Shown here in pieces: positions 10,341 through 20,199 of a stretch of DNA of 64,000 nt (position 1 is the first letter of the stretch; the number at the start of each line of letters is the position of its first letter). The notes beneath the pieces are model-generated. The model ran no database searches. It was given only the letters and a program-made list of their open reading frames with translations, and was not told the origin of the DNA. Source of the stretch: Desulfobacterales bacterium (lineage in GTDB: Bacteria; Desulfobacterota; Desulfobacteria; Desulfobacterales; UBA5616); contig JAWODC010000076.1 of the NCBI GenBank assembly GCA_046483495.1, forward strand, positions 32,001 to 96,000, in the 5' to 3' direction. Position numbers and translations under genes: made by a program.

Positions 10341-11210
10341 TCAGGATTTTTCAGATGGCTTGCCGATGAAGTTTCTTTCCTTTAAAAAATCAAAAACGGC
10401 ATTCGCCATTTGCCTGGGGTCCCCCCCGACTGCGCCGCCCTTTTTCTGATTCATGCCGCCGGTCATAACAAACCGGATTCGGTCGGCCGCCGAAAGGTTG
10501 CTGTCGGGAGAAATGATTTTTTTAGGCCTTAGCTTCGGCGGGGCCAGCTGAACCACCTCCATTTTCGGCGCCTCCCGGGGTTCGGACCCGTCAACCTGCT
10601 CAATCGGCTTTGCCCATGCCGCCTTTCGATCGGGAAACGTCGGATATCTTGGCTTATTCAATGTCTTATCAACCGTAAAGACAGCCGGAATCGGGCAAAT
10701 CACCTCTTCCCGGTTGCCTCTTTCAAGAGACCGTTGAACCCTGGCTTCATGTGCATGCGACACGTCCAGGTGGGTTACGGCGGTGACAACCGGCAGATCG
10801 AGAAGTTCGGCGACAAAGGTCCCCACCTGCCCCATTTCATGATCGATCGCTTTTTTGCCGAAAAGCACCAGGGAATAGTCCATTTTGCCGATCGAATCGG
10901 ATAGAAGGAAGGCAGTACCCCATGGATCCGGACGATGATCGGCCTCCCGCATCACGTGGACCGCATGATCGACCCCCATGGCAAGGCACCATCTCAAGAC
11001 CGTCTCGACCCGTGAGGGGCCGATGCTGATGACCGTCACCTGTCCTTCTCCGGACCTTTCCCTGATTCTGAGGGCCTCTTCCACCGCTATTTCATCGAAT
11101 GGATTGATCGTATACACCAGGCCGTTTTCCACCAACCCTTTGGTATCGGGATCATATCCATTGTCGATGTAAATGTCGGCAACCTGTTTGACACAAACGA
11201 CAGTGTTCAT
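10341..11210 (-). CDS. etfB: Electron transfer flavoprotein beta subunit
   Basis: VVCVKQV, INPFDEIAVEEALR, AMGVD, GKKAID..MGQVG, NKPRYP. Confidence 0.92.
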   Translation of the reverse strand: MNTVVCVKQVADIYIDNGYDPDTKGLVENGLVYTINPFDEIAVEEALRIRERSGEGQVTVISIGPSRVETVLRWCLAMGVDHAVHVMREADHRPDPWGTAFLLSDSIGKMDYSLVLFGKKAIDHEMGQVGTFVAELLDLPVVTAVTHLDVSHAHEARVQRSLERGNREEVICPIPAVFTVDKTLNKPRYPTFPDRKAAWAKPIEQVDGSEPREAPKMEVVQLAPPKLRPKKIISPDSNLSAADRIRFVMTGGMNQKKGGAVGGDPRQMANAVFDFLKERNFIGKPSEKS

Positions 11211-11248
11211 TCTCGACTCCCGGGCCGGACCGATGGTGATAACCGACC

Positions 11249-13255
11249 CTAAACCTGCATTCTCTCTGCAACGATTTCAATGACATCCTGCACCGGAATC
11301 CGCCCTTGCAAACCCTTTGTCTCGATACCGTCTTCGAGCATGATCAAGCAGTAGGGGCAGCTGGTGGCGATGAGCTCCGGTTCTTTTTCAAGCAGCTGAT
11401 TCAACCGGACATCGTTCATGCGCGGACCGGTGGATTCCATCCAGAATTGCCCTCCGCCGGCGCCGCAGCAAAAACTTCGATCCCTGCTTTTTTCGGGTTC
11501 GACGATCGAAAGACCCGGCATCCGGGACAGAATATTCCTGGGTATCTCGTAAATCCCGTTATGCCGACCCAGGTAACAGGGGTCGTGATAAACAACGGTC
11601 TGTCGGGATCCCGGCGCCGGTGATATTCTTCTTTCCTTAAGCAGCAGGTGAACGTATTCCAGGGCATGGAAAACCTGAAAGTCGGCGCCGAAGCGGGGAT
11701 ACTCATTTTTGAGGGTGTTGTATCCATGAGGGCACAGGGCCACGATTTTTCGAATGTCATATTTCCGAAAGGTCTCCATGTTTTTTTTGGCCAAAACGTC
11801 GAACAGATAGTCGTTTCCGGTTCTTCGGGCATAATCGCCGCAGCAGTTTTCCTCGATTCCCAGTATTCGGAAATGAATACCGGCGGCCGTCAGAATTTTT
11901 GCGAAAGCCGTCGCCACCTGCTGAGACCGGCTGTCGAAGGCTCCGGCACAGCCGACCCAGAAAAGGATATCCATATCGGCATCATCTTGAACGGTTTTTG
12001 CCGAAAGGCCTTTTGCCCAGTCGCTTCTCAGTGCCGGCCCCATACCCCATGCATCGCCGTATGTTTCTATTTTCCGGTATATCCTTTCCACCTCGACCGG
12101 AAAATTGCTTTCCATCATCACCCGGCGCCGTCTGAAATCGACCATTTTATCGATATACTCGACAAATACCGGGCATTCCGCCTCACAGGCTCCGCACGTC
12201 GTACATGACCAAAAGATGTCATCATCGACAACTTCGCCGGGAAGAGCTCGATACCGAAAATTACGGTGCAATGAAAAAGGGCTGTTGCGATAACCGAAAT
12301 CCCTCAGCCTCATTGTAAAATGTTTCGGAGACAAGGGCTTTCCCACGGCGTTCGCCGGACAATGCTCCGAACATCGGCCGCATTCGGTGCAGGCGAAAAA
12401 ATCGAGGATGTGCTTCCATGTAAAATCGTCGAATGTATGCACACCTGCGGAATCGAGACCTTCGAATTCGTCTATATCCCATTGCGGCGGTTTCACCGCA
12501 CCCCGATCCAGCTTTTTGAAAAAGACGTTCGGAAGTGCGGTAATGATATGGAAATGCTTGGAAAGCGGCAAGAGGTTAAGAAAAAAGAAAAAACCGACCA
12601 GATGAAGCCAGTAGCTGAGATGGTTTACAGTCTTCAGCGATTCCGGGGACAATCCGGACAAAGCCGTTTCCGCCGTTTTCGCAGCAACCAGAACGGGGCC
12701 GTTGTGTTCGAATCCGGATCGGCTGCCTTCATACAGAATATCGGTGATCATAAGAAAACCAATAAGCCCCAGCACCAGAAAGGCTTCGAATCGGCTGCTG
12801 CCCCGGTATCGTTCCGGCTTGACCACCGCCCTCCTGTATATGGCTGCACCGCAGGCGACAAGGACGATCACGGCAACGATGTCTTTCAGGCTGCTGTAAA
12901 ACGCGCCAAACCGCCCCGCCAAAATGCCGGGAACATATCCGGGCCGTAATCCGCCTGCTATGAGATCGATCGAATGCAGAGCCAGCAGGATAAACCCCCA
13001 GAATATCGTGATGTGGATAACCCCGGCAAAGGGATACCGGGTTTGGCGCCTCTGGAAGACGCCGTCTTTGACCAGCGCTGCCATTCGTGTTTTCACATCG
13101 GAAAACCGCGGATCCGGTTTTCCCTGCCTGAGGAGGTTCATTCGCTTTAACAGCAAAAAGAAAAACAGGGACAACCCTACCAAAAGAATAAACCATGAGA
13201 TATAATGTCCCGGCAATGTCAGGTAGGTGTCGGCGGCAGGGTGATTCACGTACAT
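11249..13255 (-). CDS. Membrane-bound HdrF-like Fe-S oxidoreductase (ETF:(methyl)menaquinone oxidoreductase-like)
   Basis: N-terminal TM helices with His residues, CTECGRCSEHCP, CTTCGACEAECP, two CCG domains (ENCCG, YHDPCYLGR, FCCGAGGG). Lies between etfA and etfB. Confidence 0.88.
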   Translation of the reverse strand: MYVNHPAADTYLTLPGHYISWFILLVGLSLFFFLLLKRMNLLRQGKPDPRFSDVKTRMAALVKDGVFQRRQTRYPFAGVIHITIFWGFILLALHSIDLIAGGLRPGYVPGILAGRFGAFYSSLKDIVAVIVLVACGAAIYRRAVVKPERYRGSSRFEAFLVLGLIGFLMITDILYEGSRSGFEHNGPVLVAAKTAETALSGLSPESLKTVNHLSYWLHLVGFFFFLNLLPLSKHFHIITALPNVFFKKLDRGAVKPPQWDIDEFEGLDSAGVHTFDDFTWKHILDFFACTECGRCSEHCPANAVGKPLSPKHFTMRLRDFGYRNSPFSLHRNFRYRALPGEVVDDDIFWSCTTCGACEAECPVFVEYIDKMVDFRRRRVMMESNFPVEVERIYRKIETYGDAWGMGPALRSDWAKGLSAKTVQDDADMDILFWVGCAGAFDSRSQQVATAFAKILTAAGIHFRILGIEENCCGDYARRTGNDYLFDVLAKKNMETFRKYDIRKIVALCPHGYNTLKNEYPRFGADFQVFHALEYVHLLLKERRISPAPGSRQTVVYHDPCYLGRHNGIYEIPRNILSRMPGLSIVEPEKSRDRSFCCGAGGGQFWMESTGPRMNDVRLNQLLEKEPELIATSCPYCLIMLEDGIETKGLQGRIPVQDVIEIVAERMQV

Positions 13256-13265
13256 GTATAGCCTC

Positions 13266-14279
13266 TTATACCGTCTCTTTCAACCGGCTGATGAGTTCGG
13301 GCAATATGGCTCGAAGATCACCCGCAACACCCAGATCGGCGAACTTCATGATGGGAGCCGTCTTGTCTGTGTTTATCGCAATCAGGTTTTTGGTGTCCCG
13401 CATGCCGAAGGTGTGCGCACTCGCTCCGGAAATGCCGCATGAAATCATCAGGACGGGGGACACCGTTTTGCCGGACTGCCCGATCTGGCGCTCTCTGCCG
13501 ATCCATCGATTATCCACAGCCGGCCGTGAACCGGCAACCGCAGCGCCCAAGGCATCCGCCAGGTCGTGAATCAGCTTGAACCCCTCTTCGTCATCAACGC
13601 CCTTTCCTCCGCTGACAATCATCTCGGCATCCGTAATGTCGATGGTTTTGGGATCGGATTTGATCAGTCGTACGGGTTCGATCTTCTCTGTTCGAGAAGA
13701 TATATAGATCGCGGGATCGATGGAAATCATGCTGAAATCCGGGTGCTTCGATGCTTTTTTTACTTTTGTGACGCCGGGGGCCACCAGTGCCGTTTGCGGC
13801 CTTGCATCCGGACATACGACCGTGGTGTGGAGCTTGTTTCGATAAGCCAGCCGGGTTTGAAGGAGAAGCCCTTCTTCTGAAATCTGGAGCCTGTCACAAT
13901 TTGCGGCAAGACAGGTCCTCAACTTCGCAGCAACACGCGGAGCGAGATCCTGCCCGACAACGGTCGAGCCAAAAAGCAGTATGTCCGGGACATGCACACC
14001 GGCCAACCCGGCGATAACGGCGGTGAAGCATTCCGGCCGGTACCGGTCGAACCGCTCGTCATCGGCGATAAATACGGTTTCGACGCCGTAATCGGCTATC
14101 GATTCCGCCACGTTTTCGATACGGTGGCCGAGAATGAGTGCACATAACCGGCCCTTTAAACGTTCGGCCAGTTTTCTTCCCTCACAGATCAGCTCCAACG
14201 CGTGTTCGATTATTTCCCCGTCGCTGTGCTCGGCAAATACCCAGATATGCTGTTTGTCGGGTGTTTTTACATTCTGCAT
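13266..14279 (-). CDS. etfA: Electron transfer flavoprotein alpha subunit
   Basis: IVSGGKG, GSRPAVD..W, QIGQSGKTVSP, CGISGA..H..GM, IAINTD..API. Confidence 0.92.
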   Translation of the reverse strand: MQNVKTPDKQHIWVFAEHSDGEIIEHALELICEGRKLAERLKGRLCALILGHRIENVAESIADYGVETVFIADDERFDRYRPECFTAVIAGLAGVHVPDILLFGSTVVGQDLAPRVAAKLRTCLAANCDRLQISEEGLLLQTRLAYRNKLHTTVVCPDARPQTALVAPGVTKVKKASKHPDFSMISIDPAIYISSRTEKIEPVRLIKSDPKTIDITDAEMIVSGGKGVDDEEGFKLIHDLADALGAAVAGSRPAVDNRWIGRERQIGQSGKTVSPVLMISCGISGASAHTFGMRDTKNLIAINTDKTAPIMKFADLGVAGDLRAILPELISRLKETV

Positions 14280-14288
14280 CGGATTGTA

Positions 14289-16277
14289 CTATATCATTCG
14301 GCCGATGTGATTGGCCGCCGTCATGGCATCCGTAATTTCACCGATTTTTCCTGCATCTCCGATGCAGTGCGTATTCGGTACGATGTCTTTTATTTCATTG
14401 ACCCAATCATTATTGCTTTTTCTTCCCAGAGAGACAATAAACGTGTCATAAGGATAATGCTCCTCGGTTCCGTCTTCGTTCATCAACACTACTGCAGAGG
14501 CCGTGATTTCCTTCAGGTTCATGCCTGTTTTGACAACCGGATTGCCCGGATTCGCCATGGCGATATCACCGTCGCCCCGGCAGACGTCCATGTCCGTCAT
14601 CAAACGTTTCAAAAGAAAAAACCTTCTTAACAGCGGCACATTGGCGGCTATTTCCTTGCCTTTGCCGAAAAGAACGACATCTTTGCCGGCTTCCGCAAGG
14701 GCGATCGCCAGCTCCGAACCGTATCCCAGTCCTTGAACAACCACCCTTTTTCCAATCCGAGCCGGATTTTTCAAGGCATCCACATGTGTCATGATGCTGC
14801 TGTTTTGAGGAAGCTGCTCGGGAATCGTCATGGTTGCCCCGGTGGCGATGACAACAGCATCCGGGTTTATTTTCCTGACATCGTCAACGCCGGCTGTCTT
14901 GCAGACCCGAATATCGACATCGAGTTTCTTCATTTGACTGATGAGATAGTCGACAATGTTTTTGAATTCAGCATTCAAGGGGTTTCGGGATAGTGCATCG
15001 ACGGTGCCGCCGAGCCTTCCTTCTTTTTCAAACAATGTCACGTGATGTCCTCTCAGTGCGGCCAGTCTGGCGGTTTCCATTCCGGCAATGCCGCCGCCGA
15101 TCACAAGGACCTTTTTCGGAGACGGCGCTGGTGTAACATCACCCGTGCATCCCATCACCGGCGGTGTGGGATTGACCGAACAGCACCGGTCACAATTGCC
15201 GAATCCCGGCAAATCGCCAATGCATTTGCGGATATCCTCCGGCCGCCCTTCGAAATATTTTTTGGGGGTCTCGGGGTCTGCGATGAGCTGACGCCCCAGA
15301 TAAATCATATCGGCATACCCTTCTTCCAAAAATCTTTCCGCCATTTCCATATCCAGAATTCTTCCCACGCCGATGACGGGAACCCGGGCGGCTTTCTTTA
15401 CAGCCGCGGGAAGGCGGATATAATGCCCGCGCGGAACATACAGGGAGGGAATATTGTTGGGATTGTGCAGCTGCGATCCCATGGTGACGTCAAAGCAGTC
15501 GACTCCGGCCTCTTCCATAATCGGAACGGTATGCGTGATCGTATCCTCGATGGTAACTCCGTCAGGACCGAACAGTTCATCCGCACTGACGCGGATAAAT
15601 ATCGGGTAGTCGTTGCCGACGGCTTGTCGAATCGCCATAATGGTCTCAGCAGGAAATCGCAGCCGGTTTTCCCAGCTGCCGCCGTATTTATCCGTTCGCG
15701 TGTTCGTAAAAGGAGACATAAACCCGCCCCACAGCGATACATATCCATGGGCGGTGTGCAACTCGATAAAATCGAACCCCGCGGTCTTGCATCTCACCGC
15801 GGTTTTGACGCACAGCTGTTTGATGTCTTCGAGCTCTTCAAGGGTGTACGCCTGGGCCGGAATATCGTTGCCATAGATCGCCTCAAAAAAATTCTTTTTG
15901 GCAAAGGGGGACGGCGAGGAGCCTTTGGCCGCACCGCCTGCTCCGATTTGAGCGCCGATTTTCATATCGGTGCGGTGAATGGCCGCCGTAAGTTTCCGAT
16001 ACCCATCCATATAGCTGTCATCATGAAAGGTCAGCGGATGCGGAAAAAGCATTGGAGGGGTTTTCATCATTTCTTCGAAGGCCCAGGGCAGCGGGTTGAT
16101 CGTTCCGGTAAGGGCGAATCCGGCGCCTCCGTTCGCCCGCGCTTCAAACCACTTGATCGTATTCTCGTTTACACCGCAATCTTCTGCGTGGGGGTTTCCA
16201 AGAAAAGGCGGAAATCCGATCCTGTTCTTGATTTCCATATTTTTAATGCGAATCGGTTCACGTATTTTTCTGCCCAT
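14289..16277 (-). CDS. Second old yellow enzyme family flavin oxidoreductase
   Basis: ARANGGAG, ELHTAHGY, RTDKYGGSWENRLRF, GRQLIADP, VIGGGIAGME; atypical Fe-S motif CIGDLPGFGNCDRCCSVNP. Confidence 0.88.
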   Translation of the reverse strand: MGRKIREPIRIKNMEIKNRIGFPPFLGNPHAEDCGVNENTIKWFEARANGGAGFALTGTINPLPWAFEEMMKTPPMLFPHPLTFHDDSYMDGYRKLTAAIHRTDMKIGAQIGAGGAAKGSSPSPFAKKNFFEAIYGNDIPAQAYTLEELEDIKQLCVKTAVRCKTAGFDFIELHTAHGYVSLWGGFMSPFTNTRTDKYGGSWENRLRFPAETIMAIRQAVGNDYPIFIRVSADELFGPDGVTIEDTITHTVPIMEEAGVDCFDVTMGSQLHNPNNIPSLYVPRGHYIRLPAAVKKAARVPVIGVGRILDMEMAERFLEEGYADMIYLGRQLIADPETPKKYFEGRPEDIRKCIGDLPGFGNCDRCCSVNPTPPVMGCTGDVTPAPSPKKVLVIGGGIAGMETARLAALRGHHVTLFEKEGRLGGTVDALSRNPLNAEFKNIVDYLISQMKKLDVDIRVCKTAGVDDVRKINPDAVVIATGATMTIPEQLPQNSSIMTHVDALKNPARIGKRVVVQGLGYGSELAIALAEAGKDVVLFGKGKEIAANVPLLRRFFLLKRLMTDMDVCRGDGDIAMANPGNPVVKTGMNLKEITASAVVLMNEDGTEEHYPYDTFIVSLGRKSNNDWVNEIKDIVPNTHCIGDAGKIGEITDAMTAANHIGRMI

Positions 16278-16290
16278 TAGCCACCTCGTG

Positions 16291-17466
16291 TCATATCGTT
16301 GCTATCGTGATCGTTACGGCTCCGGGCTCATACCCGTCACCGACTCCGCCGCCGTTATGAGCCAACCCAATTTTTGCACCGTCGACCTGCCGTTTGCCGC
16401 ATTCCCCCCTCAACTGCCAGGCAATTTCTACAAGCTGGGCGACACCGGTCGCGCCTATGGGATGACCCTTCGCCAGCAAGCCGCCGCTGGGGCTGACAAC
16501 GCATTTCCCTCCAAAATCGAACCGCCCCTCGTCAATACAACGCCCGGCCTCTCCTTTGGGGCAAAGTCCCAAATCTTCATAGGCCACCAACTCCAATGCT
16601 GTAAAATCGTCATGAACTTCCACGATATCCAGATCATCCGGACCGATACCGCAGGCCTCATAGGCCGATTGTGACGCCCGTTGAAAGCACTTGAATTCAC
16701 TTAAACGCCCTTCCATACCTTTGTAACGTGCTGAAGATTCGGTGATAAAAGGAATTTTAATCGGTTTTGACGTGTATTGTCGGGCGATATCGCCCGTACA
16801 GATGACAACTGCGGCAGCGCCGTCGGACTGGGGGCAGCATTGCAAAAGCGTCAAGGGATCTGAAATCATTCTCGAATGTAAGACATCTTCGAGCGTGACC
16901 TCTTTCTGAAACTGGGCATACGGGTTCATGGCACCGTTGCGTTTGTTCTTCACGGCTATTTTGGCAAGCTGCTCCCTGGTCGTACCGTATTCATGCATAT
17001 GTGCATTGGCGATCAGGGCCAGCAGGGCCGTTCCAAACGCGCCTGCCACATCCTGGTTCAAATTCATGCCGGAGGGAGTCACCAAAAGCCGTGTCTCCCG
17101 GCTGACGCCCGGTGGAGGGCTCCATTTATCGGCACCGATCACGAGAGCGACATCATACATCCCGTTTGCCACCGTTTCCCATGCGTGCTTCAAAGCACAG
17201 GATCCGGCCGCGCATCCGTTCTCGTGATTAAATGCGGGCACTCCGGAAATGCCCACGGGGGCGGTGATATTCTGGCAGCAATTCGGAGGGGCCGATCCAT
17301 TTCCGCAAAACGCCGCCTCAATTTTCCGGTGGCTGATGCCGGCGTGATCCAGCGCCGCCATGCATGCCTCGGCCCCTAATTCATAAATCGTCTTGTAGGG
17401 AAGATGCCGCCCGTCATAGAGTCCGAACCGCGTCATTCCCGCACCGATGATATATACGTCCCTCAT
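16291..17466 (-). CDS. Thiolase family protein (SCP2/Ltp2/BbsB type)
   Basis: NGCAAGS, CCPQSDGAAA, VEVHDDF, SGGLLAKGHPIGATG, HNGGG. Confidence 0.9.
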   Translation of the reverse strand: MRDVYIIGAGMTRFGLYDGRHLPYKTIYELGAEACMAALDHAGISHRKIEAAFCGNGSAPPNCCQNITAPVGISGVPAFNHENGCAAGSCALKHAWETVANGMYDVALVIGADKWSPPPGVSRETRLLVTPSGMNLNQDVAGAFGTALLALIANAHMHEYGTTREQLAKIAVKNKRNGAMNPYAQFQKEVTLEDVLHSRMISDPLTLLQCCPQSDGAAAVVICTGDIARQYTSKPIKIPFITESSARYKGMEGRLSEFKCFQRASQSAYEACGIGPDDLDIVEVHDDFTALELVAYEDLGLCPKGEAGRCIDEGRFDFGGKCVVSPSGGLLAKGHPIGATGVAQLVEIAWQLRGECGKRQVDGAKIGLAHNGGGVGDGYEPGAVTITIATI

Positions 17467-17502
17467 TATGATTCCTCCAAATCCTATCCGACTACCTTTT
17501 CT

Positions 17503-17617
17503 TCGGGATCGAAATCGGGATCGCGTTTTTCAAGACTTGTTTTTCGATACCGATACCGATACCGATTTGGACCCCGTCCATACCCATCACCCATAACCCA
17601 TAACCCATAACCCATCA
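17503..17617. repeat. Compound short tandem repeats: hexamer hairpin (tcggga/cgatac) plus 5x CCCAT(A/C)A heptamer
   Basis: tcgggatcgaaatcgggatcg (17503-17523); cgataccgataccgataccgat (17545-17566); cccatca-cccataa x3-cccatca (17583-17617). Confidence 0.85.
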
Positions 17618-18061
17618 CCTAACCGGCCTGAACGCATACCCCACCACCCTCTTATTTCTCAGGTAATCCGTATACAGCTCTACGATTACAGTTTCGACTT
17701 CCATTCCGTTTACCACCTCTTCGATGCTGCATTCTCGAATCTGGGCCATGATCAGCAGTTCATCATCCTCGGGCACTTTTACCACGCCCAGGATATTCGG
17801 CACCTCGTAACCCGGAACCGCCTGTCGTACAATCGTATGGGCATACAGTTTACCCCTGCTGCTGAGCAGAACGTCCTTCATCGTTTTTCCATCACATTTA
17901 CCGCATCGAATCTTTTTGGGAAACGCGATATCGCCGCATGTATCACATTTAGAGGCGACCAATTGCGGTTTCTCACCCGGTACGGCCGGAAATCTTACGA
18001 TCCCCTCCCGCAGCAGCATCTGATCCTCTTTCAACTGCCATCCGCTATGCATTTCTTCCAT
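17615..18061 (-). CDS. DUF35 Zn-ribbon/OB-fold protein, partner of the thiolase
   Basis: L.ASKCDTCG.IAFP....CGKC, LSSRGKLYAHTIV, YAFRP. Directly upstream of the thiolase. Confidence 0.88.
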   Translation of the reverse strand: MEEMHSGWQLKEDQMLLREGIVRFPAVPGEKPQLVASKCDTCGDIAFPKKIRCGKCDGKTMKDVLLSSRGKLYAHTIVRQAVPGYEVPNILGVVKVPEDDELLIMAQIRECSIEEVVNGMEVETVIVELYTDYLRNKRVVGYAFRPVR

Positions 18062-18203
18062 ATAGTTCTCCCTGCATTCAGAAATATTGCATGTGAGTGG
18101 ACATGGCACATGAAGGGCGTCATACAGTCAATTTCACCGGCACCAAAACCACTGTTCACTGTCCACTGACCACCAAAACGCCGCTTCTGAATAAAATCGT
18201 TCC

Positions 18204-18346
18204 ATGTCCATCCGGAAGCGGTAGGTTTTGGTTCGGAGCAAGGCCTGAGCTCTTTTTGAAACCGCAGGAATAGTGAACTATTTTGAGGATTTCAAAAAGG
18301 CGAAAACGCCGCTCCGGACCAAAAGATGCCGCTTCCGGATGGACAT
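18204..18346. repeat. ~140 bp long-hairpin (MITE/REP-like) element, variant A
   Basis: Terminal IR atgtccatccggaagcgg/ccgcttccggatggacat; nested stems; core CAAGGC...GCAGGAATA-N6-TATTTTGAG...AACGCCG. Confidence 0.8.
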
Positions 18347-19701
18347 TATTTATAGGTTTTCTCTATATACCGCGTCTTCAAAGCCGTCCGTTCAAGACTC
18401 ATAGGAGGAACCCACTCGATTTTCGGCCGGATACGCAATTTGTTGTGCATATAGTCCCCGATTTCCCCGGCAAGTGTATCGAGCGATGCTTCAGGAACCG
18501 TCCCGGCGTATTCGACTTTCAGCTTCAGCGGCGGCTCTACACGCGGCGGGGGGATATCCAGAACGATGCGAAACTCCCCGGTCACCTTCGGCACAAAATG
18601 GTTAATGGCATCATCGATATGCGAAGGATAGACGATGACGCCCTTTACCTTGAGCATATCATCTGTTCTTCCGATTATTTTCAACCGCCAGCCCGGATTG
18701 CCGCAAGCACAAGGTTCTGTCAAAACCTGCGCCACGTCTCCGGAGGTTCCCCTCAAAGACATAGGGCCTTCGAGGGTTGTGGTGAGAAGCTGTCCGATGG
18801 CTCCGTTTTCGAACGGAATCGATTGCTTGGTTTCCGGATCGACAAGCTCGAAAAAGAACAGATCATCGGACAGGTGATGCATCCCCGCATATTCTTCCAC
18901 ATCACACGAAGCAAGCGCCAATCCTCCGATCAGCCCCATCATATCCGTTAGACGGCACCCGAAACCGTCCTGGATTTTATTTCGCACTTCCGGAATGCCG
19001 GCTCCGGGCTCCCCACCGCAGATAACCCGTTTGAATCGGAGGCTCCTGATTTTTTCCGGCAGTGCTTCCACCAGGTATTGCGCGTAAGAAGGGGTGCAAA
19101 ACATGATGGTCGGTTTGAAGTATTCGGAAAACTGCATCAGTTTTTCTTTACCCACTTCAGCACCCACCGGGATCACGGTGACGCCAAGACGAATGAATGT
19201 TTCGATCAGTGGGATGCCGGCACCGAACATACTGAGGGCCATGGCATGTACAACCGTTTCCCCGGGCGTAATGCCGCACATGAAACACCCCCTGCTGTAG
19301 CCTTTGGCCATCACCTGCATGCTTTGTTCCGTGAAAAAATAAGGAGTGGGAATACCTGTTGTTCCGGAGGTCGCGCACAGGAGCAGATAGTCCTCGGGCT
19401 TCACTCCCTGCACATAGGCCATCGTATCCTTTAGGGTTCCCTTCCAAAACGGACCCTTGATCATGTCCTCCATTTGCGATCGGGGCTCCCCCCCAACGGG
19501 AAAAGCGCTTTTAAAATCATCCAGCGTTTTAATATGGGAGAGATCATTGACGCCCTTCGCGATACAGGACATTCGGAAAACCTCGTTGTTATCGAAATTG
19601 TCGTTCAAGTTTTTGATTAATTTTTTCTCCTGCAAATCCTTCATCTCGGGCGTGCCTTGCATCCGGTACTCTTTTTCGTCAAAATAGTCGTAAAAGCCCA
19701 T
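18346..19701 (-). CDS. Phenylacetate-CoA ligase (PaaK) family aryl-CoA ligase
   Basis: ATSGTTGIP, FCTPSYA, GGEPGAGIP, ELVDPET, IIGRTDDMLKVKGVIVYPS. GGAGG RBS. Confidence 0.9.
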   Translation of the reverse strand: MGFYDYFDEKEYRMQGTPEMKDLQEKKLIKNLNDNFDNNEVFRMSCIAKGVNDLSHIKTLDDFKSAFPVGGEPRSQMEDMIKGPFWKGTLKDTMAYVQGVKPEDYLLLCATSGTTGIPTPYFFTEQSMQVMAKGYSRGCFMCGITPGETVVHAMALSMFGAGIPLIETFIRLGVTVIPVGAEVGKEKLMQFSEYFKPTIMFCTPSYAQYLVEALPEKIRSLRFKRVICGGEPGAGIPEVRNKIQDGFGCRLTDMMGLIGGLALASCDVEEYAGMHHLSDDLFFFELVDPETKQSIPFENGAIGQLLTTTLEGPMSLRGTSGDVAQVLTEPCACGNPGWRLKIIGRTDDMLKVKGVIVYPSHIDDAINHFVPKVTGEFRIVLDIPPPRVEPPLKLKVEYAGTVPEASLDTLAGEIGDYMHNKLRIRPKIEWVPPMSLERTALKTRYIEKTYK

Positions 19702-20199
19702 ATTACCTCCCATACTGCCAGAAATGTTACCGAATCGAAGCCGAAACCGGTCAGCTTGAACGGGGGCGGCAGCTGCCCGTAAGATGTTCGAACCGGGCCA
19801 AAACGATCAGGGGCGAAACAACAACATCATTTCGATCCGGTAGAAAAGAAAAACAATGTGAGCGTCTACCCGGCCGGCGTATTTCACCGCTCCGGGCCGA
19901 AAATGCCATTTCTTGATTGAGATAAGTAAATGTAATATATAGAAAAAGACCCTTAGGACTGGGTTTATGCTGAATCATCCATATAATTTTTAATAGTTTA
20001 TCCAAAATAAATTCTGTCCGTCAATAAAAAACTCCCGGCGATGAACGGTCGCTTGACAACCAAGAGCTTGAAACGGGGCGGGTCGTGATGCATTTTGAAA
20101 AAAAGGCGTACCATTTTACTCAAAAATCATCTACATTAGGTCATGTCCATTGGTAAAACCCTTGATTTTTTCTTCGGCACTTTCATCAAGGAGGCAAAA

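Noticed and set aside
17583..17617. CRISPR-like array
   Set aside because: Units are 6-9 nt with no spacers, and no cas genes are present.
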